Shown here: positions 21,255-36,193 of the stretch, in pieces
Position numbering within the stretch: position 1 is the first letter of the stretch
How the letters are laid out: the number at the start of each line of letters is the position of its first letter
Assembly (NCBI RefSeq): GCF_055900595.2
Contig: NZ_CM148325.1
Reading direction: 5' to 3' (one strand)
DNA: 64,000 bases
The notes under the pieces: model-generated
The model's input: only the letters and a program-made list of their open reading frames with translations
Told to the model about the DNA's origin: nothing
The model's database searches: none
Translations under genes and position numbers: made by a program

Positions 21255-21806
21255 TTAATGGCCCGGGAACGGGACAAGGCTGTAGCTGGTAATGCCCTGT
21301 TTTTCCAGACGCTGTTCGCCGCCGAGATCGAACAGGTTGATAATGAACGCAGCATCAGCCACTTCACCACCCAGACGACGGATCAGTTTAACGGTCGCTT
21401 CGATAGTGCCGCCGGTTGCCAGCAGATCGTCCACCACCAGAACTTTGTCGCCCGGTTTGATGGCATCAACGTGGATTTCCAGCTGATCGGTGCCGTATTC
21501 CAGGTCGTAAGTTTCACTGATGGTTTCACGCGGCAGTTTGCCCGGTTTACGGACCGGTACAAAGCCAACGCCCAGACCCAGAGCTACCGGAGCGCCAAAC
21601 AAGAAGCCACGCGCTTCGGTGCCGACAACTTTGGTAATGCCCGCATTTTTGTAACGCTCAACCAGTAAATCGATGCTGAGAGCGTAAGCTTTCGGGTCTT
21701 CCAGTAAGCTGGTGACATCGCGGAAAAGAATGCCGGGTTTTGGGTAGTCCTGAATGCTTTTGATGCTATTTTTGAGATACTCAAGCTGCTGTGCAGTCGC
21801 GGTCAT
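21255..21806 (-). CDS. apt: Adenine phosphoribosyltransferase
   Basis: 183 aa from [16 protein letters not shown]; longer ORF is an upstream extension. Confidence 0.95.
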
Positions 21807-21958
21807 AAGTGTATGCCTGCTTGTTACGGTGGTACTCACGGCGCGTTTTAAACGAGTCAAAAGTAACAGTTGTTTAACCTTTGACCGCCTGCGCCTGTGC
21901 TCGAAAACGCCAGAATGTACTGGCTGTGGGCGATAATTGCAACAGCGATTGTTGTGCT

Positions 21959-22336
21959 TCAGTGCTTTTCTTGCTTTTCATCAATCACCGGAATTCGCCA
22001 CATATAAAAAAGCAAACAGGCGAGAATTACCAGCAACATGATGCGCCCCCATGGCATCTGGACGAACCACAGAGAAATGGCAAACGTGAGTAAAATAAGC
22101 AAAATCGCCCGCGGTTTGACGCCGCGCGGCATCGCATGATGTTTCTGCCAGAAACGTAGATAGCTGCCAAACCATGAGCGGTAGAGCAACCAGGCGTGAA
22201 AGCGCGGGGAAGAACGGGCAAAGCACCAGGCCGCCAGCAGGATAAACGGCGTCGTCGGTAATACCGGTAATACCACGCCCAGCGTACCCAGCACTACCGC
22301 CAGCCAGCCAATGATGATTAAAATGATTCGTTGCAT
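21959..22336 (-). CDS. ybaN: Inner membrane protein YbaN (DUF454)
   Basis: 125 aa, hydrophobic. Confidence 0.9.
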
Positions 22337-22405
22337 ATTGAGTGTTGTCAGCTTACAGAGTGGCTACTTTAGCATAACAATTATCATTTTCATTGAGGTC
22401 TTATC

Positions 22406-22933
22406 GTGAAAACCGCCCTGCTGCTGGAAAAACTGGAAGGACAGCTCGCCACGCTGCGTCAGCGTTGTGCCCCGGTAGCGCAATTTGCCACGCTAAGTGC
22501 CCGTTTTGACAGGCACCTTTTTCAGACCCGTGCGACAACACTACAGGCTTGTCTCGATGAGGCGGGCGATAATCTGGCTGCGCTTCGTCATGCGGTTGAG
22601 CAGCAACAGATGCCGCAAGTGGCCTGGCTGGCGGAACATCTGGCTGCACAACTGGAAGCCATCGCGCGTGAAGCCTCCGCCTGGTCATTGCGCGAGTGGG
22701 ACAGTGCGCCACCGAAAATTGCCCGCTGGCAGCGTAAACGTATTCAGCATCAGGATTTTGAGCGGCGACTTCGTGAGATGGTTGCCGAACGTAAAGCCCG
22801 CCTGGCGCGGGTGACCGATCTCGTGGAACAGCAAACGCTGCATCGTGAAGTAGAAGCCTATGAAGCACGCCTGGCACGCTGCCGTCATGCGCTGGAAAAA
22901 ATCGAAAACAGGATAGCGCGTTTAACTCGCTAG
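22406..22933 (+). CDS. priC: Primosomal replication protein N''
   Basis: 175 aa, recognised. Confidence 0.93.
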   Translation: MKTALLLEKLEGQLATLRQRCAPVAQFATLSARFDRHLFQTRATTLQACLDEAGDNLAALRHAVEQQQMPQVAWLAEHLAAQLEAIAREASAWSLREWDSAPPKIARWQRKRIQHQDFERRLREMVAERKARLARVTDLVEQQTLHREVEAYEARLARCRHALEKIENRIARLTR

Positions 22934-22946
22934 CAATGGAGAGAGT

Positions 22947-23108
22947 ATGTCACTGGAAAATGCCCCTGACGATGTCAAACTGGCCGTCGATTTGATTGTG
23001 CTGCTGGAAGAAAATCAGATCCCAGCCCGCACCGTACTGCGCGCGCTGGATATTGTAAAACGCGATTATGAAAAGAAATTAACGCGCGATGATGAGGCGG
23101 AAAAGTGA
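22947..23108 (+). CDS. ybaM: Small protein YbaM (DUF2496)
   Basis: 53 aa [45 protein letters not shown]...; GGAGAG RBS; not in ORF track because under length cutoff. Confidence 0.8.
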   Translation: MSLENAPDDVKLAVDLIVLLEENQIPARTVLRALDIVKRDYEKKLTRDDEAEK

Positions 23109-23149
23109 GAAATAAATGGGGCCGCTAAATGTCCCCTAAGATTGCGGGT

Positions 23150-23265
23150 AAACGCAAAACTGCCTGATGCGCTACGCTTATCAGGCCTACACCGCTCCTG
23201 CAATATATTGAATTCTTGCGGTTTCGTAGGCCGGATAAGGCGGTCACGCCGCATCCGGCATGAAC
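23150..23265. repeat. REP-like palindromic elements
   Basis: gccggataaggcg...cgccgcatccggc motifs downstream of ybaM and mscK. Confidence 0.7.
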
Positions 23266-23319
23266 AACGCGCACTTTGTCAGTAATCTCGGGGCAACTAA
23301 ATGTCGCCCCCTTTGGTTA

Positions 23320-26300
23320 TTACCCTACCGCTGGTGTCGGATCGTCGCCTTTGTAGTCGCGTTTTACTTCCGTCACCTCATCGCCCTTCTCGTTGTGCAG
23401 ATGCACTTCAAGCTGGTTAAAGGCAATGTTGATGTCGTTTTCACGGCACAGCTGATCGATAGTACGGTTCAGCTCATCGACAGTACGGCTACGGTCACGC
23501 AGTTCACGCACATACAGACGCAGCTCATGATCCAACGTGCTGGCACCAAACGCCGTAAAGAAGACTTCCGGCATTGGTTCGTGCATCACCCTTGGGTGCT
23601 CAGTCGCCGCCTTCAGTAACACTTTACGCACTTTTTCCAGATCGGAGCCATAGGCCACACCGAGACGGATCACCAGACGCGTAGTAGTGTCAGTCAACGA
23701 CCAGTTGATCAGACGCTCGGTAACAAACGCTTTGTTCGGGATGATCACTTCTTTGCGATCGAAATCGGTAATCGTTGTCGCACGAATACGAATCTTACTT
23801 ACCGTCCCCGAGAAGCTACCAATGGTTACCGTATCGCCAATGCGTACCGGACGTTCGAACAGAATGATCAAACCGGAGACAAAGTTACCGAAGATCTCTT
23901 GTAAACCAAAACCAAGACCTACGGATAATGCTGCCGCCAGCCACTGGAGTTTATCCCACGAGACGCCCAGCGATCCGAACACCGTCATCGCACCAACGGC
24001 AATAATGATGTAGTTAAGGATGGTAGTAATGGCATACGACGCGCCCTGGCGCATATTCAGGCGCGAGAGCACCAACACTTCCAGCAAACCAGGCAGGTTG
24101 CGAATCAACGCCCAGGCTACCATTGAGGCGATAATCGCAAACAACAGACTGCCCATGGTGACGTTTTTCACCACCGCAGCGCCAGCTTCAGTGCCGTTGT
24201 AATGCCAGAGCGTGATGCTGTCGAGATAGCTGAACACGGTGATCAAATCTGACCAAATTGCCCAGAACATGACACCGAACAGCGCAAACATCAGCAACAT
24301 AGTAATACGCAGCGTCTGTTGGTTAACCTGCTCCAGTGCAATGGTTGGTTCTTCCGGCGGTTCGGCACCTTCTGCGCCCTCTTTCACCAGATTCTGTCGA
24401 CGCGCTAGCGCACGACGCCAGGCGATACGCCGCGCCGCTACGCTTAAGCCGCGCAATACCGTCTGGTACAGCAGGTTCCAGATAATCACCAGATACACGG
24501 TTTCAATCCAACGTCCGGAGAGGCGCAGTGTGGTGTAGAAATAACCCGTGGCGGTCAGCACCATCAACGCAATCGGGATTATCGACAGTATGGTAATGGT
24601 GACAAGTCGCATGGTGTGCGACTCTTTATCACGCCAGCTTTCGCGGCACATTGGCCATACCAGGAAGGCAATCAGCAGCAGGTTGAAGAAAATCATCGCC
24701 TGCCCCAGCACATCATCCATCAGATGCAGCGGGGAAAGTTCTGCCACCACAGACCAGAAATGGATAGGCAGCAACGCGAGACTGATGCGGACAATTTGCC
24801 GACGCCAGTGGCTGGTCTGCTGTTCCGGCATGCCGAAGTGACGCACGGCAACACCGTTTTTCTCCAGTACCTTCCAGCACAGGCCAAACACCAGCCAGAA
24901 AATCGCCAGTTTTTTACTGAACGACCATAGCAGTTCGCTGATGTTGAGCTGCATGGTCAACAGAATCAGGCCAACCGCGAGAATAATCAGGCACACCGGC
25001 AGCGCACGGATCAGGTCGATAAGGATCGCTTTTGGTGTGTTGAGCTGGCTGTCGTTACGCAGGGAACCCACAGCGGAAGCCAGTTTTTGTTGATACGCTT
25101 TCAGCCAGCCCAGACGCCAGTGGATCAGCCCGGCAATTAATAGCAGTGGCAAACCAGCGAGGAAAGCGATAAAGACGGCAGGCCAGGCTTTTTCCCAGTT
25201 TACCGTGATCTTCATCGACTTAAATTCATCTTTCAGCGTTTGTGGGAACGCTTTGATCCAGTCCCAGTCCATTGGACGGTTACTGTTCACCCAAAAGATT
25301 TGCTGAGTCAGGATCGATTTCAGGTTTTTCGACACGCTCATTAACTGCTGCTGGTTGATTTGCAGGTTAATGGCCATCATCAGCTGGTTACCCAACTGTT
25401 TGTTAAGCTGATCCAGCAATTCGCGACGCATATCAACTACTTGCAATAACGCATCGTGAACTTCGCTGTTGACTTCGTTGGTGTGACCTTCTTCCAGTTT
25501 GTTGACGAACGCATCGCTCTGGAAGAGTGCATCACGCTGCTGGTTAACTTCAAACTGTTCGAGACGCAAATCCGCGATGCGGTTGGTCATGTTTTCCAGT
25601 TCATCCGCCGAGGGCAGCGTTTGTTGTTGCTGGTAAAGGATACGAGACAACAGCAGACTGCCCTTCAGGACGGCAATCTGCTCCTTAATATTTCGTTCCG
25701 ATTGCAGCGCCCGCTCAAGCCAGTTTTTGACTTTAATGTTTTGCTGCATTAGCTGATTACCGTTTTCAGTCGCGGTAATCAGACGCTGACTCAACTGCTG
25801 GTTAATTTCCAGTTCCTGTTTCACCAGAGGATTAGCCTGAATACGTGCAGCTTCATCCGGGGAGACGGCTTCCTGCGCCGTTTTTTCGGTTAAGGTCAGG
25901 CGCTTACTGTTTACCGCTTCTTGCAACAGTTGCAACTGGTGTTCCAGACGAGCACTGTTCGCCGTCACGTAATCACGCTGCTTTTGCAAGGTATCCTGTA
26001 AGACGGTGTTCCCTTCCAGGCTTTTTCGCTGCTGGTCAATCTCAGCATTCAGCAAAACCTGCTGGGCCTGCATCAACACTTTCTGGCTGGGACGTAAGGC
26101 AGTATCGCCAACATCAGTGCCATCCAGGCGGCTGCGAATTTGTTGCAGCTGCTGCGAAGCGTTATACATCGCATTTTGCACGCGTTCGGGCTGCGTCTGT
26201 AACGAAACCAGCTGGCTGTTATAAGACGCCAGATCGTTTTGTGCGTTTTGCAAATCGTCCAGCGCCTGGGCAACGCGAGTTTCCAGCTGGCGCAACGAAA

Positions 26301-26682
26301 GCGTGCTCAGAATTTTGCGCGTTTCTTCGTCGTTATCGACATCGCTAAGTGCTGTTAACGCCGCGGTCGCCTGACGCATTTTTTCCGGCGCTTCAGCGAC
26401 TTTTTGCCGTAGCTGAACTGTCTCTTCTTTTATGCGATCGATTTTATCGAGGGTGGCTAATGTATCTGTCAGATCCTGCTGCACCAGTTTGTCCTGAGCA
26501 GAAAGATCTTTTTGTTTATTCAGTGAGTCAAGTTGTGCCTGCAGGTCCGCTTTTGTTGGCAGATCACCATTCGATGGCGCCCGCGCAAACGCCGTGTTCT
26601 GGCATAACAAGACAAAAACAAAAGCAATAAATGCTGAAAAAACAAAATGCCGTGATCGTTTGTAATACTGGAACATAGTCAT
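23320..26682 (-). CDS. mscK: Potassium-dependent mechanosensitive channel MscK (KefA)
   Basis: 1120 aa, signal peptide, long coiled-coil periplasmic region, MscS-like C-terminal domain. Confidence 0.96.
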   Translation of the reverse strand: MTMFQYYKRSRHFVFSAFIAFVFVLLCQNTAFARAPSNGDLPTKADLQAQLDSLNKQKDLSAQDKLVQQDLTDTLATLDKIDRIKEETVQLRQKVAEAPEKMRQATAALTALSDVDNDEETRKILSTLSLRQLETRVAQALDDLQNAQNDLASYNSQLVSLQTQPERVQNAMYNASQQLQQIRSRLDGTDVGDTALRPSQKVLMQAQQVLLNAEIDQQRKSLEGNTVLQDTLQKQRDYVTANSARLEHQLQLLQEAVNSKRLTLTEKTAQEAVSPDEAARIQANPLVKQELEINQQLSQRLITATENGNQLMQQNIKVKNWLERALQSERNIKEQIAVLKGSLLLSRILYQQQQTLPSADELENMTNRIADLRLEQFEVNQQRDALFQSDAFVNKLEEGHTNEVNSEVHDALLQVVDMRRELLDQLNKQLGNQLMMAINLQINQQQLMSVSKNLKSILTQQIFWVNSNRPMDWDWIKAFPQTLKDEFKSMKITVNWEKAWPAVFIAFLAGLPLLLIAGLIHWRLGWLKAYQQKLASAVGSLRNDSQLNTPKAILIDLIRALPVCLIILAVGLILLTMQLNISELLWSFSKKLAIFWLVFGLCWKVLEKNGVAVRHFGMPEQQTSHWRRQIVRISLALLPIHFWSVVAELSPLHLMDDVLGQAMIFFNLLLIAFLVWPMCRESWRDKESHTMRLVTITILSIIPIALMVLTATGYFYTTLRLSGRWIETVYLVIIWNLLYQTVLRGLSVAARRIAWRRALARRQNLVKEGAEGAEPPEEPTIALEQVNQQTLRITMLLMFALFGVMFWAIWSDLITVFSYLDSITLWHYNGTEAGAAVVKNVTMGSLLFAIIASMVAWALIRNLPGLLEVLVLSRLNMRQGASYAITTILNYIIIAVGAMTVFGSLGVSWDKLQWLAAALSVGLGFGLQEIFGNFVSGLIILFERPVRIGDTVTIGSFSGTVSKIRIRATTITDFDRKEVIIPNKAFVTERLINWSLTDTTTRLVIRLGVAYGSDLEKVRKVLLKAATEHPRVMHEPMPEVFFTAFGASTLDHELRLYVRELRDRSRTVDELNRTIDQLCRENDINIAFNQLEVHLHNEKGDEVTEVKRDYKGDDPTPAVG

Positions 26683-26809
26683 GATGAATGAAGGTTTCTG
26701 AACCTGAAGAACGACCTGAAAAAGTCAAACCGCAAGAATATCACGACGCAGTGAACCAGAATAGCAACGACGAAAATGTCCAGGAAAAATCCTGGAGTCA
26801 GATTCAGGG

Positions 26810-27457
26810 TTATTCGTTAGTGGCAGGATTACGAAGCGTGGGGCACAGGAGATACATCTCCAGTAAGATGGCGACGTAATCGCGGGCTTCTTTTTTAAGA
26901 TCAAAAGATTGCGGGGCAAAGAGCCAGTTTTCCATCAGGCCGGAAATATAGCCGCGCATAATAATTGCTGCGCGACGCGTCATTAAATCCGCAGGCAACA
27001 TTTTCGCTTCAATACAATGTTTTAACGTTTGTTCTATACGGTCATAACTTTCCAGACAGAGATTACGTTGTGCCTGTTGCACAACAGCCATTTCTCCGAC
27101 AAATTCGCATTTGTGGAATATAATCTCCATCAATAATCGACGCCGTTCTTCTGTCACCGTGGATTCAAGAACATGAATTAATATCTCTCTTAATACTGAG
27201 AGTGGATCGCCAGGGAATTTTGCCTGATACTCAAGCTCTAGTTCACCAATATTGGATTCTGACAGTTCCCAGATCTCACTGAACAAATCCGACTTGTCTT
27301 TAAAATGCCAGTAGATTGCACCGCGCGTAACGCCAGCTGCTTTTGCAATCTCACCCAGCGAGGTGGATGATACCCCCTGCTGTGAGAAAAGACGTAGAGC
27401 CACATCGAGGATGTGTTGGCGCGTTTCCTGCGCTTCTTGTTTGGTTTTTCGTGCCAT
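26810..27457 (-). CDS. acrR: TetR-family repressor of acrAB
   Basis: 215 aa, recognised. Confidence 0.96.
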
Positions 27458-27485
27458 ATGTTCGTGAATTTACAGGCGTTAGATT

Positions 27486-27509
27486 TACATACATTTATGA
27501 ATGTATGTA
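27486..27509. promoter_or_regulatory. AcrR operator, 24-bp perfect palindrome tacatacatt-tatg-aatgtatgta in acrR/acrAB divergent promoter
   Basis: Palindrome seen directly; matches remembered AcrR binding site. Confidence 0.8.
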
Positions 27510-27598
27510 CCATAGCACGACGATAATATAAACGCAGCAATGGGTTTATTAACTTTTGACCATTGACCAATTTGAAATCGGACACTCGAGGTTTACAT

Positions 27599-28792
27599 AT
27601 GAACAAAAACAGAGGGTTTACGCCTCTGGCGGTCGTTCTGATGCTCTCAGGCAGCTTAGCCCTAACAGGATGTGACGACAAACAGGCCCAACAAGGTGGC
27701 CAGCAGATGCCCGCCGTTGGCGTAGTTACAGTCAAAACTGAACCTCTGCAGATCACAACCGAGCTTCCGGGTCGCACCAGTGCCTACCGGATCGCAGAAG
27801 TTCGTCCTCAAGTTAGCGGGATTATCCTGAAGCGTAATTTCAAAGAAGGTAGCGACATCGAAGCAGGTGTCTCTCTCTATCAGATTGATCCTGCGACCTA
27901 TCAGGCGACATACGACAGTGCGAAAGGCGATTTAGCGAAAGCCCAGGCTGCAGCCAATATCGCGCAATTGACGGTGAATCGTTATCAGAAACTGCTGGGT
28001 ACGCAGTACATCAGTAAGCAAGAGTACGATCAGGCTCTGGCTGATGCGCAACAGGCGAATGCCGCGGTAACTGCGGCGAAAGCTGCCGTTGAAACTGCGC
28101 GTATCAATCTGGCTTACACCAAAGTCACCTCTCCAATTAGCGGCCGCATTGGTAAGTCAAACGTGACGGAAGGTGCCCTGGTGCAAAACGGTCAGGCGAC
28201 TGCGCTGGCAACCGTGCAGCAACTTGATCCGATCTACGTTGATGTGACTCAGTCCAGCAACGATTTCCTGCGCCTGAAACAGGAACTGGCAAATGGCACG
28301 CTGAAACAAGAGAACGGCAAAGCCAAAGTGTCGCTGATCACCAGTGACGGCATTAAGTTCCCACAGGACGGTACGCTGGAGTTCTCTGACGTTACTGTCG
28401 ATCAGACCACCGGGTCTATCACCCTACGCGCTATCTTCCCGAACCCGGATCACACTCTGCTGCCGGGTATGTTCGTGCGCGCACGTCTGGAAGAAGGGCT
28501 TAATCCAAACGCCATTTTAGTCCCGCAACAGGGTGTAACCCGTACGCCGCGTGGCGATGCTACCGTACTGGTGGTTGGCGCGGATGACAAAGTGGAAACC
28601 CGTCCGATCGTTGCAAGCCAGGCTATTGGCGATAAGTGGCTGGTGACAGAAGGTCTGAAAGCAGGCGATCGCGTAGTAATAAGTGGGCTGCAGAAAGTGC
28701 GTCCTGGTGTCCAGGTAAAAGCACAAGAAGTTACCGCTGATAATAACCAGCAAGCCGCAAGCGGTACTCAGCCTGAACAGTCCAAGTCTTAA
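27599..28792 (+). CDS. acrA: Multidrug efflux periplasmic adaptor (lipoprotein)
   Basis: 397 aa from MNKNRGFTPLAVVLMLSGSLALTGC (lipobox). Confidence 0.97.
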   Translation: MNKNRGFTPLAVVLMLSGSLALTGCDDKQAQQGGQQMPAVGVVTVKTEPLQITTELPGRTSAYRIAEVRPQVSGIILKRNFKEGSDIEAGVSLYQIDPATYQATYDSAKGDLAKAQAAANIAQLTVNRYQKLLGTQYISKQEYDQALADAQQANAAVTAAKAAVETARINLAYTKVTSPISGRIGKSNVTEGALVQNGQATALATVQQLDPIYVDVTQSSNDFLRLKQELANGTLKQENGKAKVSLITSDGIKFPQDGTLEFSDVTVDQTTGSITLRAIFPNPDHTLLPGMFVRARLEEGLNPNAILVPQQGVTRTPRGDATVLVVGADDKVETRPIVASQAIGDKWLVTEGLKAGDRVVISGLQKVRPGVQVKAQEVTADNNQQAASGTQPEQSKS

Positions 28793-28811
28793 CTTAAACA
28801 GGAGCCGTTAA

Positions 28812-31964
<3,153 letters not shown>

Positions 31965-31982
31965 TACAACGTGTAATCACTA

Positions 31983-32006
31983 AGGCCGCGCAAGCGGCCT
32001 TTTTTA
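31983..32006 (+). terminator. acrB intrinsic terminator (aaggccgcgcaagcggcctttttt)
   Basis: GC hairpin plus T-run 18 bp after acrB stop. Confidence 0.7.
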
Positions 32007-32510
32007 GATGCATAACCTACGAGTTGAATGGGGAACTGAACAATCAACTCAGAATCTCATATGAAAACCAGTATTAACTTCGCATAAAATTCATAAAAAA
32101 TACTGATTGTTAGTTAATTTATATTAAGCAGGGCTAATAGATTTAATAATCCATAATCATTTAGAGGCTTTTCTTAATTATTTGCGGTAATTCTTTATTC
32201 ATTCATCGGTTATTACGACATATTCAGAGCATTCCTGGTATTAGTGTGACCAATTTCATCTGGCGATAATCCTGAAATGTTATGAACAGTTCGAGCAAAC
32301 TGCTTTTACCTGCAGCGGGTTGGTGCTAGTATGAAAAAGTGAGTCCTATCCCGCTTCCTTCCTATTTGTAATTTTTCGTAATAATGCGATGAAAACCTGC
32401 AAAGAGTGGCTTATAGTTAAGCTAACAAACGAGAGGGCAAGTCCAGGTCAGTAAGTTTTTTCCATCCCGAAAGGTGTCCGTTAGTTCAACCGCTAAGAAG
32501 GGGACGCGTT

Positions 32511-32885
32511 ATGGATGAATACTCACCCAAAAGACATGATATCGCACAGCTTAAGTTTCTCTGTGAAACCCTGTATCATGATTGCCTTGCAAACCTTGAA
32601 GAAAGCAACCATGGCTGGGTTAACGACCCAACCTCGGCGATCAACCTCCAGTTGAATGAACTGATTGAGCATATTGCGACCTTCGCACTTAATTACAAAA
32701 TTAAGTATAATGAAGACAATAAGCTCATTGAGCAGATCGACGAATATCTGGATGACACCTTTATGTTGTTCAGTAGTTATGGTATTAATATGCAGGATCT
32801 TCAAAAATGGCGGAAGTCAGGTAATCGACTATTCCGTTGTTTTGTCAATGCGACGAAAGAGAATCCTGCGAGTTTATCTTGTTAG
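32511..32885 (+). CDS. tomB: Hha toxicity modulator TomB
   Basis: 124 aa, recognised; AT-rich upstream region. Confidence 0.93.
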
Positions 32886-32910
32886 AATTATTACAACCAT
32901 GGGTAGAAGT

Positions 32911-33129
32911 ATGTCCGAAAAACCTTTAACGAAAACCGATTATTTAATGCGTTTGCGTCGTTGCCAGACAATTGACACGCTGGAGCGTGTTATCGAGAAA
33001 AATAAATACGAATTATCAGATAATGAACTGGCGGTATTTTACTCAGCCGCAGATCACCGCCTCGCCGAATTGACTATGAATAAACTGTACGACAAGATCC
33101 CTTCCTCAGTATGGAAATTTATTCGCTAA
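32911..33129 (+). CDS. hha: Haemolysin expression modulator Hha
   Basis: 72 aa [35 protein letters not shown]...; the 154-aa track ORF 32665-33129 contains it in frame. Confidence 0.93.
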
Positions 33130-33300
33130 TAAATAATTGGCTTTCGGAGCTATAACCAGCTGTTTATTAATAATTTTATACTTTATCGCCATGAAGGCGC
33201 ACCCTATGTGATCTTCATCACACAGACGTAATGGGAACGTTCTCTTCACTGACTTTTCGTCTTACTGTGTTGCCGCATTTTCAGCAACCGGAGGTCAGTA

Positions 33301-33852
33301 ATGAGCACAGAAAAAGAAAAGATGATTGCTGGTGAGTTGTATCGCTCGGCAGATGAGACGTTATCTCGCGATCGCCTGCGCGCTCGTCAGCTTATTCACC
33401 GATACAATCATTCCCTGGCGGAAGAGCACACATTACGCCAGCAAATTCTCGCTGATTTATTCGGTCAGGTGACAGAGGCTTATATTGAGCCAACGTTTCG
33501 CTGTGACTATGGCTATAACATTTTTCTCGGCAATAATTTTTTCGCCAACTTCGATTGCGTGATGCTTGATGTCTGCCCTATTCGCATCGGTGATAACTGT
33601 ATGTTAGCGCCAGGTGTTCATATCTACACAGCAACACATCCCATCGACCCTGTAGCACGTAATAGCGGTGTTGAACTGGGGAAACCCGTCACCATCGGTA
33701 ATAACGTCTGGATTGGCGGACGCGCAGTCATTAACCCTGGTGTGACCATTGGTGATAACGTCGTGGTAGCCTCAGGTGCAGTTGTCACAAAAGATGTCCC
33801 GGACAATGTTGTCGTGGGCGGTAATCCAGCCAGAATCATTAAAAAATTGTAA
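33301..33852 (+). CDS. maa: Maltose O-acetyltransferase (hexapeptide repeat)
   Basis: 183 aa, recognised. Confidence 0.95.
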   Translation: MSTEKEKMIAGELYRSADETLSRDRLRARQLIHRYNHSLAEEHTLRQQILADLFGQVTEAYIEPTFRCDYGYNIFLGNNFFANFDCVMLDVCPIRIGDNCMLAPGVHIYTATHPIDPVARNSGVELGKPVTIGNNVWIGGRAVINPGVTIGDNVVVASGAVVTKDVPDNVVVGGNPARIIKKL

Positions 33853-33967
33853 CCTGTTTTTCGCAACTGTTATGCAAAATCGTGGCAAATCTGTTACTTT
33901 CCCTCTACTATTCCCACGTTAAAATAGGGTGTTCCCTGGAAAGTTGCAGATACCACGAAGGCAAACG

Positions 33968-34438
33968 ATGACCGAAATACAACGCCTGCTGACCGAAACG
34001 ATTGAGTCTCTGAATACCCGCGAAAAACGCGACAACAAACCCCGCTTTAGTATCAGTTTTATCCGTAAACATCCGGGGCTGTTTATCGGTATGTACGTTG
34101 CTTTTTTTGCCACCCTGGCGGTGATGTTGCAGTCCGAAACGCTGTCAGGCTCTGTCTGGCTACTGGTTGTATTATTTATCCTGCTTAATGGTTTCTTCTT
34201 TTTCGATGTCTACCCACGCTACCGCTATGAAGATATCGACGTGCTGGATTTCCGCGTTTGCTATAACGGCGAATGGTACAACACGCGCTTTGTACCTGCC
34301 GCGCTGGTTGAAGCCATCCTGAACTCTCCGCGTGTCGCGGATGTTCATAAAGAACAACTGCAAAAAATGATCGTCCGTAAAGGTGAACTGTCTTTTTACG
34401 ATATTTTTACCCTCGCTCGCGCCGAATCAACATCTTAA
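33968..34438 (+). CDS. ylaC: Inner membrane protein YlaC
   Basis: 156 aa from [15 protein letters not shown]; longer ORF is an upstream extension. Confidence 0.88.
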
Positions 34439-34595
34439 GTTAGGGTTACATACCAGGCGTAAAGCTCTACGCCTGGTCAAATGACAACGATCGTTTCCAC
34501 CCATCGCTTCATGAAATACCAGCTCTACCTCCTTATCTCCTGCCTGCCTTTTTCCACAATCAGATATACTTTCCCTACACTGTGTTAATAAGGAT

Positions 34596-36152
34596 ATGCT
34601 GGTGAGAACACGACATCTGGTCAGCCTGATTTCGGGAGTACTGATTCTTTCAGTATTACTGCCTGTCGGCTTAAGCATCTGGCTGGCCCATCAGCAAGTA
34701 CAAACATCGTTTATTGAAGAGCTGAATACTTATTCCTCCCGCGTCGCTATTCGGGCCAATAAGGTGGCGATACAAGGGAAAGATGCTCTGCAGGAGCTGG
34801 AAAGGTGGCAAGGTGCGGCCTGTAGCGCAGCCCATCTCATGAAAATGCGTCGGGTATCTTACAGTTATCGCTATATTCAGGAAGTGGTCTATATCGATAA
34901 CAACGTTCCCCAGTGTTCGTCTCTGGAGCATGAAAGCCCACCCGATGCCTTCCCCGAGCCAGGTAAAATTTCGAAAGATGGTTATCGGGTCTGGTTAACA
35001 TCGCATAACGATTTAGGCATTATCCGTTACATGGTCGCCATAGGAACGGCACATTATGTCGTCATGATCGACCCCGCTTCCTTTATTGATGTCATTCCCT
35101 ATAGCTCATGGCAAATTGATGCCGCCATTATTGGCAATGCCCATAATGTTGTCATAACCAGCAGCGATGAAATTGCTCAGGGAATTATTACCAGGCTACA
35201 AAAAACACCCGGTGAGCATATCGAAAATAATGGAATTATTTACGATATCCAGCCCTTCCCGGAGATGAATATTTCGATCATCACCTGGGCTTCAACGAAA
35301 ATGTTGCAGAAAGGCTGGCATCGGCAAGTCTTTATTTGGTTACCGCTCGGGTTGGTGATTGGCCTGCTGGCAGCGATGTTTGTGCTGCGTATTTTGCGCC
35401 GTATCCAGTCACCGCATCATCGGCTGCAGGATGCTATCGAAAATCGTGATATTTGCGTGCACTATCAGCCGATTGTCTCCTTAGCCAATGGCAAAATTGT
35501 CGGTGCTGAGGCACTGGCGCGCTGGCCGCAGACAGACGGTAGTTGGTTGTCACCAGATAGTTTTATTCCGCTGGCACAGCAAACGGGGCTTTCTGAGCCG
35601 TTGACGCTACTGATTATAAAAAGTGTCTTTGAAGATATGGGCGACTGGCTGCGTCAGCATCCGCAGCAGCATATTTCGATCAATCTTGAATCCACCGTGC
35701 TCACCTCGGAAAAAATCCCGCAATTGCTGCGTGAAATGATCAATCACTATCAGGTTAATCCCAGACAGATCGCGCTTGAACTCACTGAACGCGAGTTTGC
35801 CGATCCGAAAACCAGCGCCCCGATAATTTCTCGCTACCGGGAGGCGGGCCATGAAATTTATCTCGATGATTTTGGTACGGGGTATTCAAGTTTAAGCTAT
35901 TTACAGGATCTGGATGTCGACATTCTGAAGATCGATAAATCTTTCGTTGATGCGCTGGAATATAAAAATGTCACGCCACATATCATCGAAATGGCAAAAA
36001 CACTGAAACTGAAAATGGTAGCGGAGGGAATCGAAACCAGTAAACAAGAAGAGTGGCTACGCCAGCATGGCGTGCACTACGGCCAGGGCTGGCTCTATAG
36101 CAAGGCATTACCGAAAGAGGATTTCTTACGCTGGGCCGAGCAACATTTGTGA
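34596..36152 (+). CDS. pdeB: c-di-GMP phosphodiesterase PdeB (YlaB), CSS + EAL domains; annotated start may be the GTG at 34602
   Basis: 518-aa ORF, TM helix, EAL motif region recognised. Confidence 0.9.
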   Translation: MLVRTRHLVSLISGVLILSVLLPVGLSIWLAHQQVQTSFIEELNTYSSRVAIRANKVAIQGKDALQELERWQGAACSAAHLMKMRRVSYSYRYIQEVVYIDNNVPQCSSLEHESPPDAFPEPGKISKDGYRVWLTSHNDLGIIRYMVAIGTAHYVVMIDPASFIDVIPYSSWQIDAAIIGNAHNVVITSSDEIAQGIITRLQKTPGEHIENNGIIYDIQPFPEMNISIITWASTKMLQKGWHRQVFIWLPLGLVIGLLAAMFVLRILRRIQSPHHRLQDAIENRDICVHYQPIVSLANGKIVGAEALARWPQTDGSWLSPDSFIPLAQQTGLSEPLTLLIIKSVFEDMGDWLRQHPQQHISINLESTVLTSEKIPQLLREMINHYQVNPRQIALELTEREFADPKTSAPIISRYREAGHEIYLDDFGTGYSSLSYLQDLDVDILKIDKSFVDALEYKNVTPHIIEMAKTLKLKMVAEGIETSKQEEWLRQHGVHYGQGWLYSKALPKEDFLRWAEQHL

Positions 36153-36193
36153 ATTTTTGGGCTGACGGCACGCCGCACAGCCCGTCACGCTAC

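Noticed and set aside
31965-32510. Long AT-rich intergenic region between acrB and tomB as a possible horizontally acquired islet
   Set aside because: This matches the normal, H-NS-bound tomB-hha promoter region of E. coli; no extra ORF or repeat structure seen
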